Assembly (NCBI GenBank): GCA_011526375.1
Contig: WTIT01000087.1
Location: forward strand, 71,565 to 125,527
DNA length: 53,963 nt
Direction: 5' to 3'
Source: Methanobacteriota archaeon
GTDB taxonomy: Archaea; Thermoplasmatota; Poseidoniia; Poseidoniales; Poseidoniaceae
Both the position numbers and the translations under genes were made by a program. A model generated the notes under the pieces. It searched no databases and was not told the origin of the DNA. It worked only from the letters and a program-made list of their open reading frames with translations. Shown in pieces: positions 45,201 to 53,199 of the stretch (position 1 is its first letter; the number at the start of each line of letters is the position of its first letter).

Positions 45201-48200
45201 GTAATTTCTACAATGATAGATGACGGTTCTTACAATAACCTCTCGGTTATCACTGTTGATGCTTCCTCGTTAGTTGCTGAATTTGTAGCAGTCGAATCAG
45301 ACCAAAATACCAATCTATCTTTGATTAAAGAGGATAATAACGACTTAACTTTAGTGGCATATACATCGAGTGGCAGCCTTATTGTATATGAGAAAGCCAA
45401 TAACACTAATTCTTGGAATTCAGCCTTATTGCCACAACCTCAGATGGCAAATTCAGCAAACTCTATCCAAACTGTAAGTGGCAGTACTCCATTGATTGTA
45501 GTTAACAGCGATATCAATTCAGTTTATGTCAAAGTCTCAGGAACTTGGCAAGTCATCGCTGACTCACTTGCTGATGATACAAATAGCTTCGAACTTATTG
45601 ATGACAATGACCACCTTGTCGTTGTCTCCAAGAATCACAATTCAGACAAACTGTATTGGAGTTCGATGACATTATCTGATAGCAGGAGCGTTGATGCTCC
45701 ATGGCATCAATCGATGCTAGAAAATATAATCTCAGATGATGGTTTTACCACATCAAGCATTGGAGGAATTATATCCATATTCGTTAAATCTTCAGCAAAC
45801 AATTACCTTACAATGATTCAACTACATCCAGACACAGACAATGACCACATATTCGATGCAATTGACGAACTAGACAACGCCCCAAATCAATGGTCTGACC
45901 AAGATAATGACGGGTTTGGTGATAATGAAAACGCACCGCTGTATGATGATTGCCCAACTCAATCAGGCACGTCTCATATCTTAGTTCTGGGTTGTTTTGA
46001 TGCAGACAATGACGGTTATGACGATATTACAGATGATTGTAATACCGCGTATGGGGTTTCATGGCTTGGTCGATTTGGATGTTCTGACTTTGACCAAGAT
46101 GGGTGGGTAGATTGGAATTCACTCTATCCATTTGGCGACATATTTAGCGATAATTGGAAACAAGCATTTGATTCGGATGGGGATTCATATGGTGATAATC
46201 ATGGTCCCGATTGTTGTGATACATGGTATGATGAGAATGCTCCGCCAGGCGACCTATTTCCGTTTGACTCCAAACAATACGCTGATTATGATGGTGACGG
46301 ATATGGCGACAACTCCTCTGATTTCATAGGAGGAGATGCATGTAAATTTGATTACGGTACATCTTTTATCGATAGATTGGGTTGTCAAGATAGTGATGGT
46401 GATGGCGCCTCTGATCCAACTTCACTTTGGAATGAATCATTAGGCGCTGATATTTGGCCAGATGATGCCACTCAATGGGCAGATTCAGATGGCGATGGTT
46501 ATGGCGATAATAGTTCAGAAAATGCAACCTCGCCAGATTCATTCCCCAATAACATAGCCGCAGCAAACGATTCAGATGGTGATGGTTATCCAGATGTATT
46601 CACCGAATATTACAACGGCTCTAACGCTCAAGGACTGCAGATTGACGGTTGTCCACTGGTTGCAGGAAATTCAACTAATCCATTCTATGGTTGCGTAGAT
46701 TCTGATGGCGATAATTATCGAGATATCTACACTTTTGACATTAACCCGCTCACTGGTCTTAGGGAAAACCAGACAGGCGATGCTTTCCCACTTGATCCTA
46801 ATCAGTGGGCAGATGCTGATGGAGACGGATTTGGTGATTTCCAAGGTGGAGAGTTAGCTGACGTTTGTCCTAATGCCCCTGGTGTACTCAATGGAACACT
46901 TGGTATAGGGTGCCCGTTAATCGACGGCAACGATGATGATGGTGATTTTGTAATCAACGAGAATGATTTATGTCCAGGTACTCAATTTGGCTTACTCGTC
47001 GATCTGAATGGCTGTGCGACAAATCAGCTAGATGCTGACTCTGACGGAGTTACTGATGATATCGACGCGTGTCCTGACACCGCATCTGTAGATACTGCAG
47101 ATGATAATGGCTGTAGTGAAGCTCAACGACAAGTAGACACAGATTCAGATGGTGTCTATGATTATCTTGACCAGTGTCCAAATACACCTAATTCAGAAAT
47201 TCCAGATTTATCTGGATGTTCACTTTCCCAGAAAGATACAGATGGCGACTTAGTTACTGACGACATTGACGTGTGCCCAGATACTCCGGAAAACTATCCG
47301 GTAACAGCCGATGGTTGTACTGATGAAAGCGCCAAGAATGTTGATTGGGATGAAGATGGATATACTGGAGATGATGATGAATTTATGTTCGAGCCAACAC
47401 AGTGGGCCGATTCAGATGGTGATGGATATGGCGACAACCCAGAAGGTGTTGATGGAGACCAGTGCCCGCAAGTAAGCGGTAATTCTACCGTGGACCGCCT
47501 TGGATGCTTAGATACAGATTCTGATGGTTATTCCGACCCAACAGGCAACTTCGCAGCATCCCCTAGTGGTCTAGCTGATGCTTTCATAGACGATGTAACA
47601 CAATGGCATGATATTGATGGCGATGGTTATGGCGACAATTCAACCGGACTCAATCCAGACCTGTGTCCTACGACCAACCCGCTATATCGTGCCTCAGTAG
47701 ATTTGTTTGGTTGTGCTCCAAATGAGCGTGATACCGACAGTGACGGAATTGTAGATAGCCTAGATAACTGTCCAACAGAAGCCAAGGGTGTTGATGGCTA
47801 CACTGATGGTTGTCCATTAGAGAAGCAGACGGACACTTCTTCCTCTGGCCAAATTCTCGGGCTACCAATAACTTGGTTTATCGCCATAGTGGTTGCTATC
47901 GTATTGTTGTTTGTTCTGATAATTATGCGTAGAAATCGCGGATTTGATGATGAAGATTGGTATGATGAAGATGACGACTTCGAAGAGGATTATTTCGAAG
48001 AAGATAAACTTTCATTCCTTGACCGTAATCAACGACAGAAACAACCTGCAGCCCCGGTTAATCGACAGGTTTCAGGGCCAATTAGCCCGCCGCCACAAAG
48101 TGGACCAGTCGGGGCGCCACCACCACGCACTAATTCGATGCCCAGTGGACCTACGAAAGCCAGCCCACCTACATCAGGACCTCCAAGATTTAATACACAT

Positions 48201-48473
48201 ACAAAACCACAAAGCAAACCAAAGTCAACAGCAAAAAAGGTTGCAAAGAAAATAAAGCAATCAGATAATGGGGCAAAGAAAGTACGTCGAGCGATTGTTG
48301 AGGCCGAAGAGGATATTTTTGAGAATGTTCCGCAATCCTCAATTGATGTAGCAATAGATGAGTTAAGCAACTATTCATTAGATAATGAAAGACAACTACT
48401 GATGTACTTGCAAGAAAAGGGGTGGAATGCACCACAGTCTCGAGCAATCATCAACATGGCAAAATCCAAATAA
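42282..48473 (+). CDS. Giant (2063 aa) surface protein: signal/anchor, beta-propeller-like N-region, FG-GAP/VCBS integrin-alpha-like repeats, second beta-rich region, TSP3-like repeats, TM helix, about 180-aa Pro-rich/basic cytoplasmic tail
   Basis: GTG start. N-terminal hydrophobic IMIVFLLILQVFAV. FG-GAP units: FADFNSDGLDDIIYS, FGDYNGDGINDLAIGSPG, VDDLNMDGYDEILICS, DGDLNGDGLKDLVIGN, INDLNNDGYDELFISEP, AGDTNSDGFNDLLIT, PGDSDGDGLLEY. TSP3 modules: QWSDQDNDGFGDN ... DTDSDGIVDSLDNCP. TM helix: ITWFIAIVVAIVLLFVLIIM, followed by RRNR. Confidence 0.8.
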   Translation: MASGNISKNSLWAIMIVFLLILQVFAVNLQSNDEQSTGVLEELNAEYNSQSLTDFDLEFGVDLSGEYIDFDDTAQGLVRYESELDIYSMDTLQHSSAGTAVISDVTISNQQELNACWVNHEGSVHYYWSDINDQTKSMEVDEILGQNEGVTTYDCAIAVKDNGRASMLYTNGSDLKAGQIAYASSLYTNGDDWHTRTILEEVNVTNLELDITPDYFEWGVFRNDDGELHRVNYTGAFWETGLLEEGPVGEDFELEITSSGVVYLLYTKSNQAILTTISEGLQSEQIVANSLSLHSDVGMTLDDSDLLQLFTSELIENHTILSIERSLANQKNQIGANPKFSLSSDLSGTNSGEIIFADFNSDGLDDIIYSEPDSSTQSLTNNGRVSVHYSSQFGFSSVPNLTWEGDSDLAMLGKGLSFGDYNGDGINDLAIGSPGSSNNDGLVQFAFGSQTGLSETLEQVAGISNPVAQGDKYGYCLETVDDLNMDGYDEILICSIDYQQSSDTGKVELFFGNAVSNTWVKMNSPDQLLQGSNFGHSVSADGDLNGDGLKDLVIGNTGTLIDSSGFSSVEIRYGTSSGFNANPDDSYQSISSGTLFGYNVEIINDLNNDGYDELFISEPYNTTAPFNSGDVWVFYGNSGGLGIQPDIRLKGNANDLLGLNFASAGDTNSDGFNDLLITRKSGFNQGKVELILGSSDTIDGSTYLVASGFTDFGRAISNPGDSDGDGLLEYTFNSENVDENGNEVLTLVSYTRKLFEVTEISLSGESIDGKIQSSSAGNPRVVIDLQNTTDMSTHTQMVSLESNAQSVFWTIQDITESQSLIQGTTNFELSSSGSPYIMYHQADLKLKTYTGFTPVESEIVLTANDVMYLSSINGLSGEQYLAYYSPGLNTIYLNELTEQGWNEQVVATNANVSSPISLLVNNSGSPVIVYIDSVTKELNVATHNNSWSISNLTLSGNVNAQSFSCLIDYDDNLVISTMIDDGSYNNLSVITVDASSLVAEFVAVESDQNTNLSLIKEDNNDLTLVAYTSSGSLIVYEKANNTNSWNSALLPQPQMANSANSIQTVSGSTPLIVVNSDINSVYVKVSGTWQVIADSLADDTNSFELIDDNDHLVVVSKNHNSDKLYWSSMTLSDSRSVDAPWHQSMLENIISDDGFTTSSIGGIISIFVKSSANNYLTMIQLHPDTDNDHIFDAIDELDNAPNQWSDQDNDGFGDNENAPLYDDCPTQSGTSHILVLGCFDADNDGYDDITDDCNTAYGVSWLGRFGCSDFDQDGWVDWNSLYPFGDIFSDNWKQAFDSDGDSYGDNHGPDCCDTWYDENAPPGDLFPFDSKQYADYDGDGYGDNSSDFIGGDACKFDYGTSFIDRLGCQDSDGDGASDPTSLWNESLGADIWPDDATQWADSDGDGYGDNSSENATSPDSFPNNIAAANDSDGDGYPDVFTEYYNGSNAQGLQIDGCPLVAGNSTNPFYGCVDSDGDNYRDIYTFDINPLTGLRENQTGDAFPLDPNQWADADGDGFGDFQGGELADVCPNAPGVLNGTLGIGCPLIDGNDDDGDFVINENDLCPGTQFGLLVDLNGCATNQLDADSDGVTDDIDACPDTASVDTADDNGCSEAQRQVDTDSDGVYDYLDQCPNTPNSEIPDLSGCSLSQKDTDGDLVTDDIDVCPDTPENYPVTADGCTDESAKNVDWDEDGYTGDDDEFMFEPTQWADSDGDGYGDNPEGVDGDQCPQVSGNSTVDRLGCLDTDSDGYSDPTGNFAASPSGLADAFIDDVTQWHDIDGDGYGDNSTGLNPDLCPTTNPLYRASVDLFGCAPNERDTDSDGIVDSLDNCPTEAKGVDGYTDGCPLEKQTDTSSSGQILGLPITWFIAIVVAIVLLFVLIIMRRNRGFDDEDWYDEDDDFEEDYFEEDKLSFLDRNQRQKQPAAPVNRQVSGPISPPPQSGPVGAPPPRTNSMPSGPTKASPPTSGPPRFNTHTKPQSKPKSTAKKVAKKIKQSDNGAKKVRRAIVEAEEDIFENVPQSSIDVAIDELSNYSLDNERQLLMYLQEKGWNAPQSRAIINMAKSK
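43330..44480 (+). repeat. FG-GAP / VCBS-type repeats (about 7 units; approximate bounds)
   Basis: A D.N.DG..D(l/i).(i/v) Ca-binding loop recurs every 55-65 aa, as listed for the parent CDS. Confidence 0.75.
45830..47825 (+). repeat. TSP3-like Asp-rich repeat modules (approximate bounds), including modules nearly superimposable on those of 36783..39359
   Basis: For example, FEPTQWADSDGDGYGDNPEGVDGDQCPQVSGNSTVDRLGCLDTDSDGYSDPTGNFAASPSGLADAF corresponds to HEPTQWRDTDGDGFGDAADGNQGDACPEVRGTSLMDRLGCRDTDGDGWSDPTETWKAHPFGLADSF in the 858-aa protein. Confidence 0.8.
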
Positions 48474-48539
48474 CGATGATATGAATAGGTATTACTTTTC
48501 AAAGATGAGTCAACAGCAAAATTTAGCGGAGGGATATTG

Positions 48540-50093
48540 ATGGCAGAACCTGTACTTGAAGGAGCGTCCTTACCAGAAGGATTCGAGGTTGACGAAACCT
48601 CAGCCTACTTCGGTGTTACAGAGTCTTCAGACATCGTTCATCAATTGATGTCAATGGACAAAAACCAATCAATTGTTGCGTTTTTTACCATGGTTTCTGA
48701 TGTTGTTCTTAAGCCTGGAGAATTTGATTTTGAAGAAGCGAGTAAGGTTCTAAACTGCGAAGGTGGAGAAATCTACTTTCTAGTTTCGGGGCATTTGGGA
48801 TTGATGAGTTTCGCTGACCCAATCTTACATTACCTAGGTCTACCAAATTCACTTGGGGAAGAGTCTCCAAATGGTAAACCAGACCTTGAAGAGGCTCATT
48901 TTGAATCGCTCAAACGGCTATCTGACCCAATGAACATGCTGAAGGTTTTGGCTATAGCCCAATCAACAGTTGGCCCTGATGAAGTAATGAAGTATTATCT
49001 AACGCTATCTGAGTTATTCAATGATGTAAATTCAAATCATTCCGTATTGATTGATATTGCCAATGAATTTGATTCAGCACTTGACGTGATAGGCCATCCA
49101 ATTCCAATTTCCCATTTAGCAAATTCTACCCCAGATCTATCAAATCTTCCGACAGTTCCGGCGCTTGACAATGCTAAATCGGTATCAAAGGATGACGATT
49201 CAGCCGTTGAAGCAGTTCCAATACCAACAAAGGAAACCAAGCCAGAACCCCAAACAACCAAGGCAACAGTTGTGAAAGAGGCAGTTTCGTCTCCGAAGTC
49301 TGAACCACAGGAATCGGTTCCTCTGCCGGGTAAAATGATCGAAGATGAGCCCAAGATTGAAGATGTTGCACCACCATCTGCTGAGAACAACCTAACAGAT
49401 AGAAAAGCAGCAAAAGTTACCGATAATGCATTCGAAGGAGCCTTCGGAATGATGGTCCAGCCAGAACCATCAGAAGCATCGTTATCCACTCAAGTGGTTG
49501 AAACAGAACAAGAAGAGGTTATTCTAGACGAATCTACACAACAGCAAGAAGCAGATGGTGAACCAGAGTTAGAAGATGACATTGAGGAGCCATTCGTTAG
49601 TGCTGCTGAGATGTTTATCCAAGCAGACAAGGATGATGACGGGGCCATCTCCCCAGAAGAGCTAGCGGAAGCAGCGGGTATCTCGATTGAAGAGTCTCAA
49701 GAATTACATGAATCTGCAGATAAAGATGGCGATGGAGAAATGTCTCTATCAGAATTTGTTGCTTCACCAGCAGTAGAAAAAGTAGCATCTAATTTACCTA
49801 GACCAGTTGCTCCAGTGAGGAAGCCAGTTAACAGAACCGAGTCAACTAACCAACAAGCATTACCATCCCAAAACTTAGCTCCTCGCCCCATCCCTCCACA
49901 AAATGTTGCACCACAACCAGTTGTTAGAAACCAGCCGATTAATCAGGTACCACAGCCAATGCCTCAGCAACAAATGTGGAATCAACCTGTACAACCAACA
50001 ATCAGGTCTGGAATTAACTGCAGAGGTTGTGGCATCGGTATCGACCCATACTGGCGATTTTGTCCAGTTTGTGGCACTCAAAATTTAAATTGA
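48540..50093 (+). CDS. Acidic cytoplasmic protein with a pair of canonical EF-hands, Pro/Gln-rich linker and C-terminal zinc ribbon
   Basis: EF loops DKDDDGAISPEE (from 49626) and DKDGDGEMSLSE (from 49719) both fit the D-x-D-x-D-G-x-I/M-x3-E pattern. The C-terminus has CRGC-x10-CPVC. GGAGGG at 48528-48533 lies 6 nt before the ATG at 48540, and a TTG at 48537 is also in frame. Confidence 0.65.
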   Translation: MAEPVLEGASLPEGFEVDETSAYFGVTESSDIVHQLMSMDKNQSIVAFFTMVSDVVLKPGEFDFEEASKVLNCEGGEIYFLVSGHLGLMSFADPILHYLGLPNSLGEESPNGKPDLEEAHFESLKRLSDPMNMLKVLAIAQSTVGPDEVMKYYLTLSELFNDVNSNHSVLIDIANEFDSALDVIGHPIPISHLANSTPDLSNLPTVPALDNAKSVSKDDDSAVEAVPIPTKETKPEPQTTKATVVKEAVSSPKSEPQESVPLPGKMIEDEPKIEDVAPPSAENNLTDRKAAKVTDNAFEGAFGMMVQPEPSEASLSTQVVETEQEEVILDESTQQQEADGEPELEDDIEEPFVSAAEMFIQADKDDDGAISPEELAEAAGISIEESQELHESADKDGDGEMSLSEFVASPAVEKVASNLPRPVAPVRKPVNRTESTNQQALPSQNLAPRPIPPQNVAPQPVVRNQPINQVPQPMPQQQMWNQPVQPTIRSGINCRGCGIGIDPYWRFCPVCGTQNLN

Positions 50094-51221
50094 TTAGATG
50101 TCCAAGACGAATTCCCCATCTTGCAACACTTGAGAATCATCCAACCATACACTTGGGCTGGTAAGAACTCCTGGTATGTGTATTCCCACAGAAGAAGAGC
50201 CCCCGAGTGCTGAATTATCGCCGATTGAGAAATAGCAGGTGCCAAGCCGTTTTTCATCCTCAAGTACATTGCCTCCCATTCTTGCTTGGTCATTCATACC
50301 GAAACCAAATTCAGCAACTGTCCAGACATTTTCTCTTTCCTTTGACCGGAGTTTCTTAGCAACTTCGCCAAATTCTTGCCGAATATTCGCAGCAATCTGT
50401 CCACCTTTGACATCCACTACCATGCCATTTTCGATTTGTAACTCGATTTGCTCATCTAGCAAAGTTGAATCCCATGAACCATCAATTATCAGCACACCAT
50501 TCATCGTACCCTCTCTAGGCATGATGAATGCTTTACCTGCAGGAAGATTTGTCAGCATTCTTGGACGATTACATATACCATTATCATCTAATTTCCATTC
50601 ACGCCAGTTCACCTCAAATGTGATGTCAGTACCTTGACTTGACTTAACATTGACAATCCTTCGTCTTCTAAAGTATGGACCAAGGTTACTAATTCGTTTC
50701 TTGATTTTATTGAAATCTACAGCCATTCCGCCGTGAGTAAACATATCATTGGTAATTCCCGGCATCGTTGCAACTCTTGCTCCGTCTCTCAGGGCCTGTC
50801 TGACTGCTTTCGTATGGGTTAGAGAGTATCTTGTCGGGGCAAGAACCACTTGTTGCTGCCGCATTAGGTTAGCAACGGGTGTTGGTGGTTCTTCTCCATG
50901 ATGTTTGGCCTTTGGCATGACGATTAGCAATACGCGTTCAGATTTTTTGATTGTAGCCTCATGAAGTGCTTGTCCTATATCTCCAGTGGTTGGATCGCAG
51001 ACGATTAACACATTCTCGCCTCTTCTGATGTCCATACAGGTTTCAACAACCATTTTGGCTGAAGCACCCAATAGTTCATCTATGGAAGGTTCTGCAATTT
51101 CTAAATTCGCTGTGGAGTTATCTTTGTCCTCCGTGCCGATGACTGAATCTACGATCTCTTCTAAATCCTCATCCGTATCTAGGCGAGTCTCATCAGGAAC
51201 ATCCTGCTTTTTCTTCGCCAT
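50094..51221 (-). CDS. M29-family (AmpS / aminopeptidase T-like) aminopeptidase
   Basis: NLPAGKAFIMPREGTMNGVLIIDGS..., EFGFGMNDQARMGGNVLEDEKRLGTCYFSIGDN and IHIPGV fit the COG2309-type pattern (nlP.GE....G....dg... E.giG.N......l.dEK..Gt.H.a.G). The longest ORF reaches 51389 but would overlap the divergent M32 gene, so I prefer the ATG at 51221 (MAKKKQD...). Confidence 0.65.
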   Translation of the reverse strand: MAKKKQDVPDETRLDTDEDLEEIVDSVIGTEDKDNSTANLEIAEPSIDELLGASAKMVVETCMDIRRGENVLIVCDPTTGDIGQALHEATIKKSERVLLIVMPKAKHHGEEPPTPVANLMRQQQVVLAPTRYSLTHTKAVRQALRDGARVATMPGITNDMFTHGGMAVDFNKIKKRISNLGPYFRRRRIVNVKSSQGTDITFEVNWREWKLDDNGICNRPRMLTNLPAGKAFIMPREGTMNGVLIIDGSWDSTLLDEQIELQIENGMVVDVKGGQIAANIRQEFGEVAKKLRSKERENVWTVAEFGFGMNDQARMGGNVLEDEKRLGTCYFSIGDNSALGGSSSVGIHIPGVLTSPSVWLDDSQVLQDGEFVLDI

Positions 51222-51320
51222 GGTTAATCTGATGCAGGTTGAGGTCTTGAATGTGTGTGCTACATCCGGGTATCTTAAGTTAGAGGTTACCTTATTGAGG
51301 GTGCGTACACTCAGCAAAAT

Positions 51321-52817
51321 ATGGCGAGTTATGAGCAGTTTATTGAACGGGTAAAAGATATTCACAAGATTGGCGCTATACAAGGACATCTTGGTTGGGA
51401 CCAGGAAACAATAATGCCAGCCAAGGGTGGAAAGGCTAGGTCAGAAATCATGTCATGGTTGGCCAAGGAACAGCACTCCCGAATTACTGATGAATCATTT
51501 GCGGATATGATTGAGCAATTAGAGTCTGATACATCACTTGACGAAGACCAGCAGGCAAATGTTAGGGAGATTAGAAGGCGTTACGATAAAGCGGTTAAGT
51601 TACCATCAGATTTCGTCGCGGAATTCGCCTTAGCACGGTCACAAGCTCTAGTCGCTTGGCAAGAGGCACGAGCAGAATCAGATTTTGCAAAATTTAGGCC
51701 ACATCTAGCGAAATTAATCGAAATGACCAATAAAAAAATAGATTACTACGGTGTAGAAACCACACGTTATGATGTCTTGCTTGATGAATATGAATTCGGT
51801 ATGAAGGTTAGTGATTATGACCCACTGTTTGCCGGATTGAAAGGTAAATTAGTGCCACTATTACAACAAATAATGGAGGCTAAACAAACCAATCCTGACC
51901 CCAAACTCCCAGAAGAGTTGGTATTCCCAGTTGAAGCACAAACAGAATTTTGCAAAATGGTCTCTAGTGCGACAGGATTTGACTTCGAAGCAGGTAGAAT
52001 GGATGCGTCAACTCACCCATTCTCCGCTGGCTTATGGCCTGGGGATACTAGGTTCACCACTCGCTTTGATGAGCGTGACCCATTTTCTTGCTTGTATGCT
52101 GTAATGCATGAGACAGGCCATGCATTGTATGAACAAGGCCTTGATGCTGAGCATTCTTTCACCCCTAGAGGTGATGCAGTATCTCTAGGTGTACACGAAT
52201 CACAAAGCAGGTTTTGGGAAAATCAGGTTGGGCGAACGCCAGCATTTTGGAAAGTAGTACTACCTTGGTTCAAGGAGCATTTCCCAGAATCTCCGGATTG
52301 GACTCCGGAGGAATTGAATAAAATAGCAAATTGTGTTGAACCCGGCTTCATAAGGGTTGAAGCTGATGAAATTACCTACAATCTACACATCATGCTAAGA
52401 TATGAACTAGAAAAGAAGATATTCAATGACAACCTTTCAGTAGACGATATTCCAGAGACATGGAACCAAATGTTCAGTGAATGGTTTGGTATTGAAGTTC
52501 CAGAAGATCGCCTTGGCTGTTTACAAGATATACATTGGTCAATGGCCGCATTTGGTTACTTCCCTACCTATACGTTGGGTAACTTATACGCAGCGCAACT
52601 ATTAGCGGCGATGGGAGAAGAGTTGGGCGATGTTGACAAAATTGTCGAAAGTGGCGATTGGCAACCTATGTTGGATTGGCTAAGGTCAAAAATTCATCTT
52701 GAAGGCAGCAAATGGACGCCAAGTGAATTGATTGAACACGCAACTGGCGCGCCACCAACGCCACAACCATTCATCGATTATGTCGAGAAGAAATATGGTG
52801 AATTATACAACTTGTAA
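51321..52817 (+). CDS. M32 carboxypeptidase (Taq-type thermostable carboxypeptidase 1 family)
   Basis: HETGHALYEQG (HExxH), HESQSRFWEN, IRVEADEITYNLHI and GYFPTYTLGN. The length of 498 aa is typical for the family. Confidence 0.9.
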   Translation: MASYEQFIERVKDIHKIGAIQGHLGWDQETIMPAKGGKARSEIMSWLAKEQHSRITDESFADMIEQLESDTSLDEDQQANVREIRRRYDKAVKLPSDFVAEFALARSQALVAWQEARAESDFAKFRPHLAKLIEMTNKKIDYYGVETTRYDVLLDEYEFGMKVSDYDPLFAGLKGKLVPLLQQIMEAKQTNPDPKLPEELVFPVEAQTEFCKMVSSATGFDFEAGRMDASTHPFSAGLWPGDTRFTTRFDERDPFSCLYAVMHETGHALYEQGLDAEHSFTPRGDAVSLGVHESQSRFWENQVGRTPAFWKVVLPWFKEHFPESPDWTPEELNKIANCVEPGFIRVEADEITYNLHIMLRYELEKKIFNDNLSVDDIPETWNQMFSEWFGIEVPEDRLGCLQDIHWSMAAFGYFPTYTLGNLYAAQLLAAMGEELGDVDKIVESGDWQPMLDWLRSKIHLEGSKWTPSELIEHATGAPPTPQPFIDYVEKKYGELYNL

Positions 52818-52819
52818 GG

Positions 52820-53119
52820 TCATTCTTCAGAATCCTTACCAGCTGTTAAGGCAACCAATTTGTCCAATCGAGCAGTTAACTCATCAATTGCATCCATTAG
52901 GTCGTTAGTTCTGTCATCCTCGTGATCGGTGCCAAAAGAAATGCCTAGTAGAGTAATCATTCCTCCAGCTAACATGGTTAATGCTGGCCAATAAACATCA
53001 GAAGCAGTCATACTTCCATCTGCTTCTAGACCGCCCCAAAATGCTCCAAGTATAAACACAACAAAACCAATAATTATCTGTTGATAGCCGCTTCCAAATG
53101 TATCTTCTAGACTACTCAT
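52820..53119 (-). CDS. Hypothetical small two-TM membrane protein with C-terminal coiled helix
   Basis: The ORF is open to 53209, but that start would overlap the pyrC stop and span the A6/T6 element. I prefer the ATG at 53119 (MSSLEDTFGSGYQQIIIGFVVFILGAFWGG...). Confidence 0.4.
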   Translation of the reverse strand: MSSLEDTFGSGYQQIIIGFVVFILGAFWGGLEADGSMTASDVYWPALTMLAGGMITLLGISFGTDHEDDRTNDLMDAIDELTARLDKLVALTAGKDSEE

Positions 53120-53169
53120 AACTGAATCTCCTTGAAATAAAATCAATGGAATAGTATTTATCATTATTT

Positions 53170-53186
53170 CAAAAAAGCGGGTTTTT
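53170..53186 (-). terminator. A6-CCCGC-T6 element on the minus strand, 14 nt downstream of the pyrC stop; candidate oligo-T terminator
   Basis: The minus strand reads gtgAAAAAACCCGCTTTTTTgaa. The T6 run follows a weak A/T stem. Confidence 0.3.
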
Positions 53187-53199
53187 TCACCGATTAAGG

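Noticed and set aside
36783-47825. Considered whether the similar repeat modules in different genes represent a diversity-generating retroelement (template/variable repeat pair).
   Set aside because: No reverse transcriptase or accessory gene is present. The similarity is spread over many modules rather than one TR/VR pair, and I did not see an adenine-specific mismatch pattern by eye.
20770-48473. Looked for PGF-CTERM/archaeosortase, LPXTG or lipobox-type sorting signals at the ends of the surface proteins.
   Set aside because: The C-termini show plain TM helices followed by cytoplasmic tails of 30-180 aa, with no PGF or LPxTG immediately before the helix. N-termini lack an obvious lipobox Cys. 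The proteins were therefore treated as type-I anchored.
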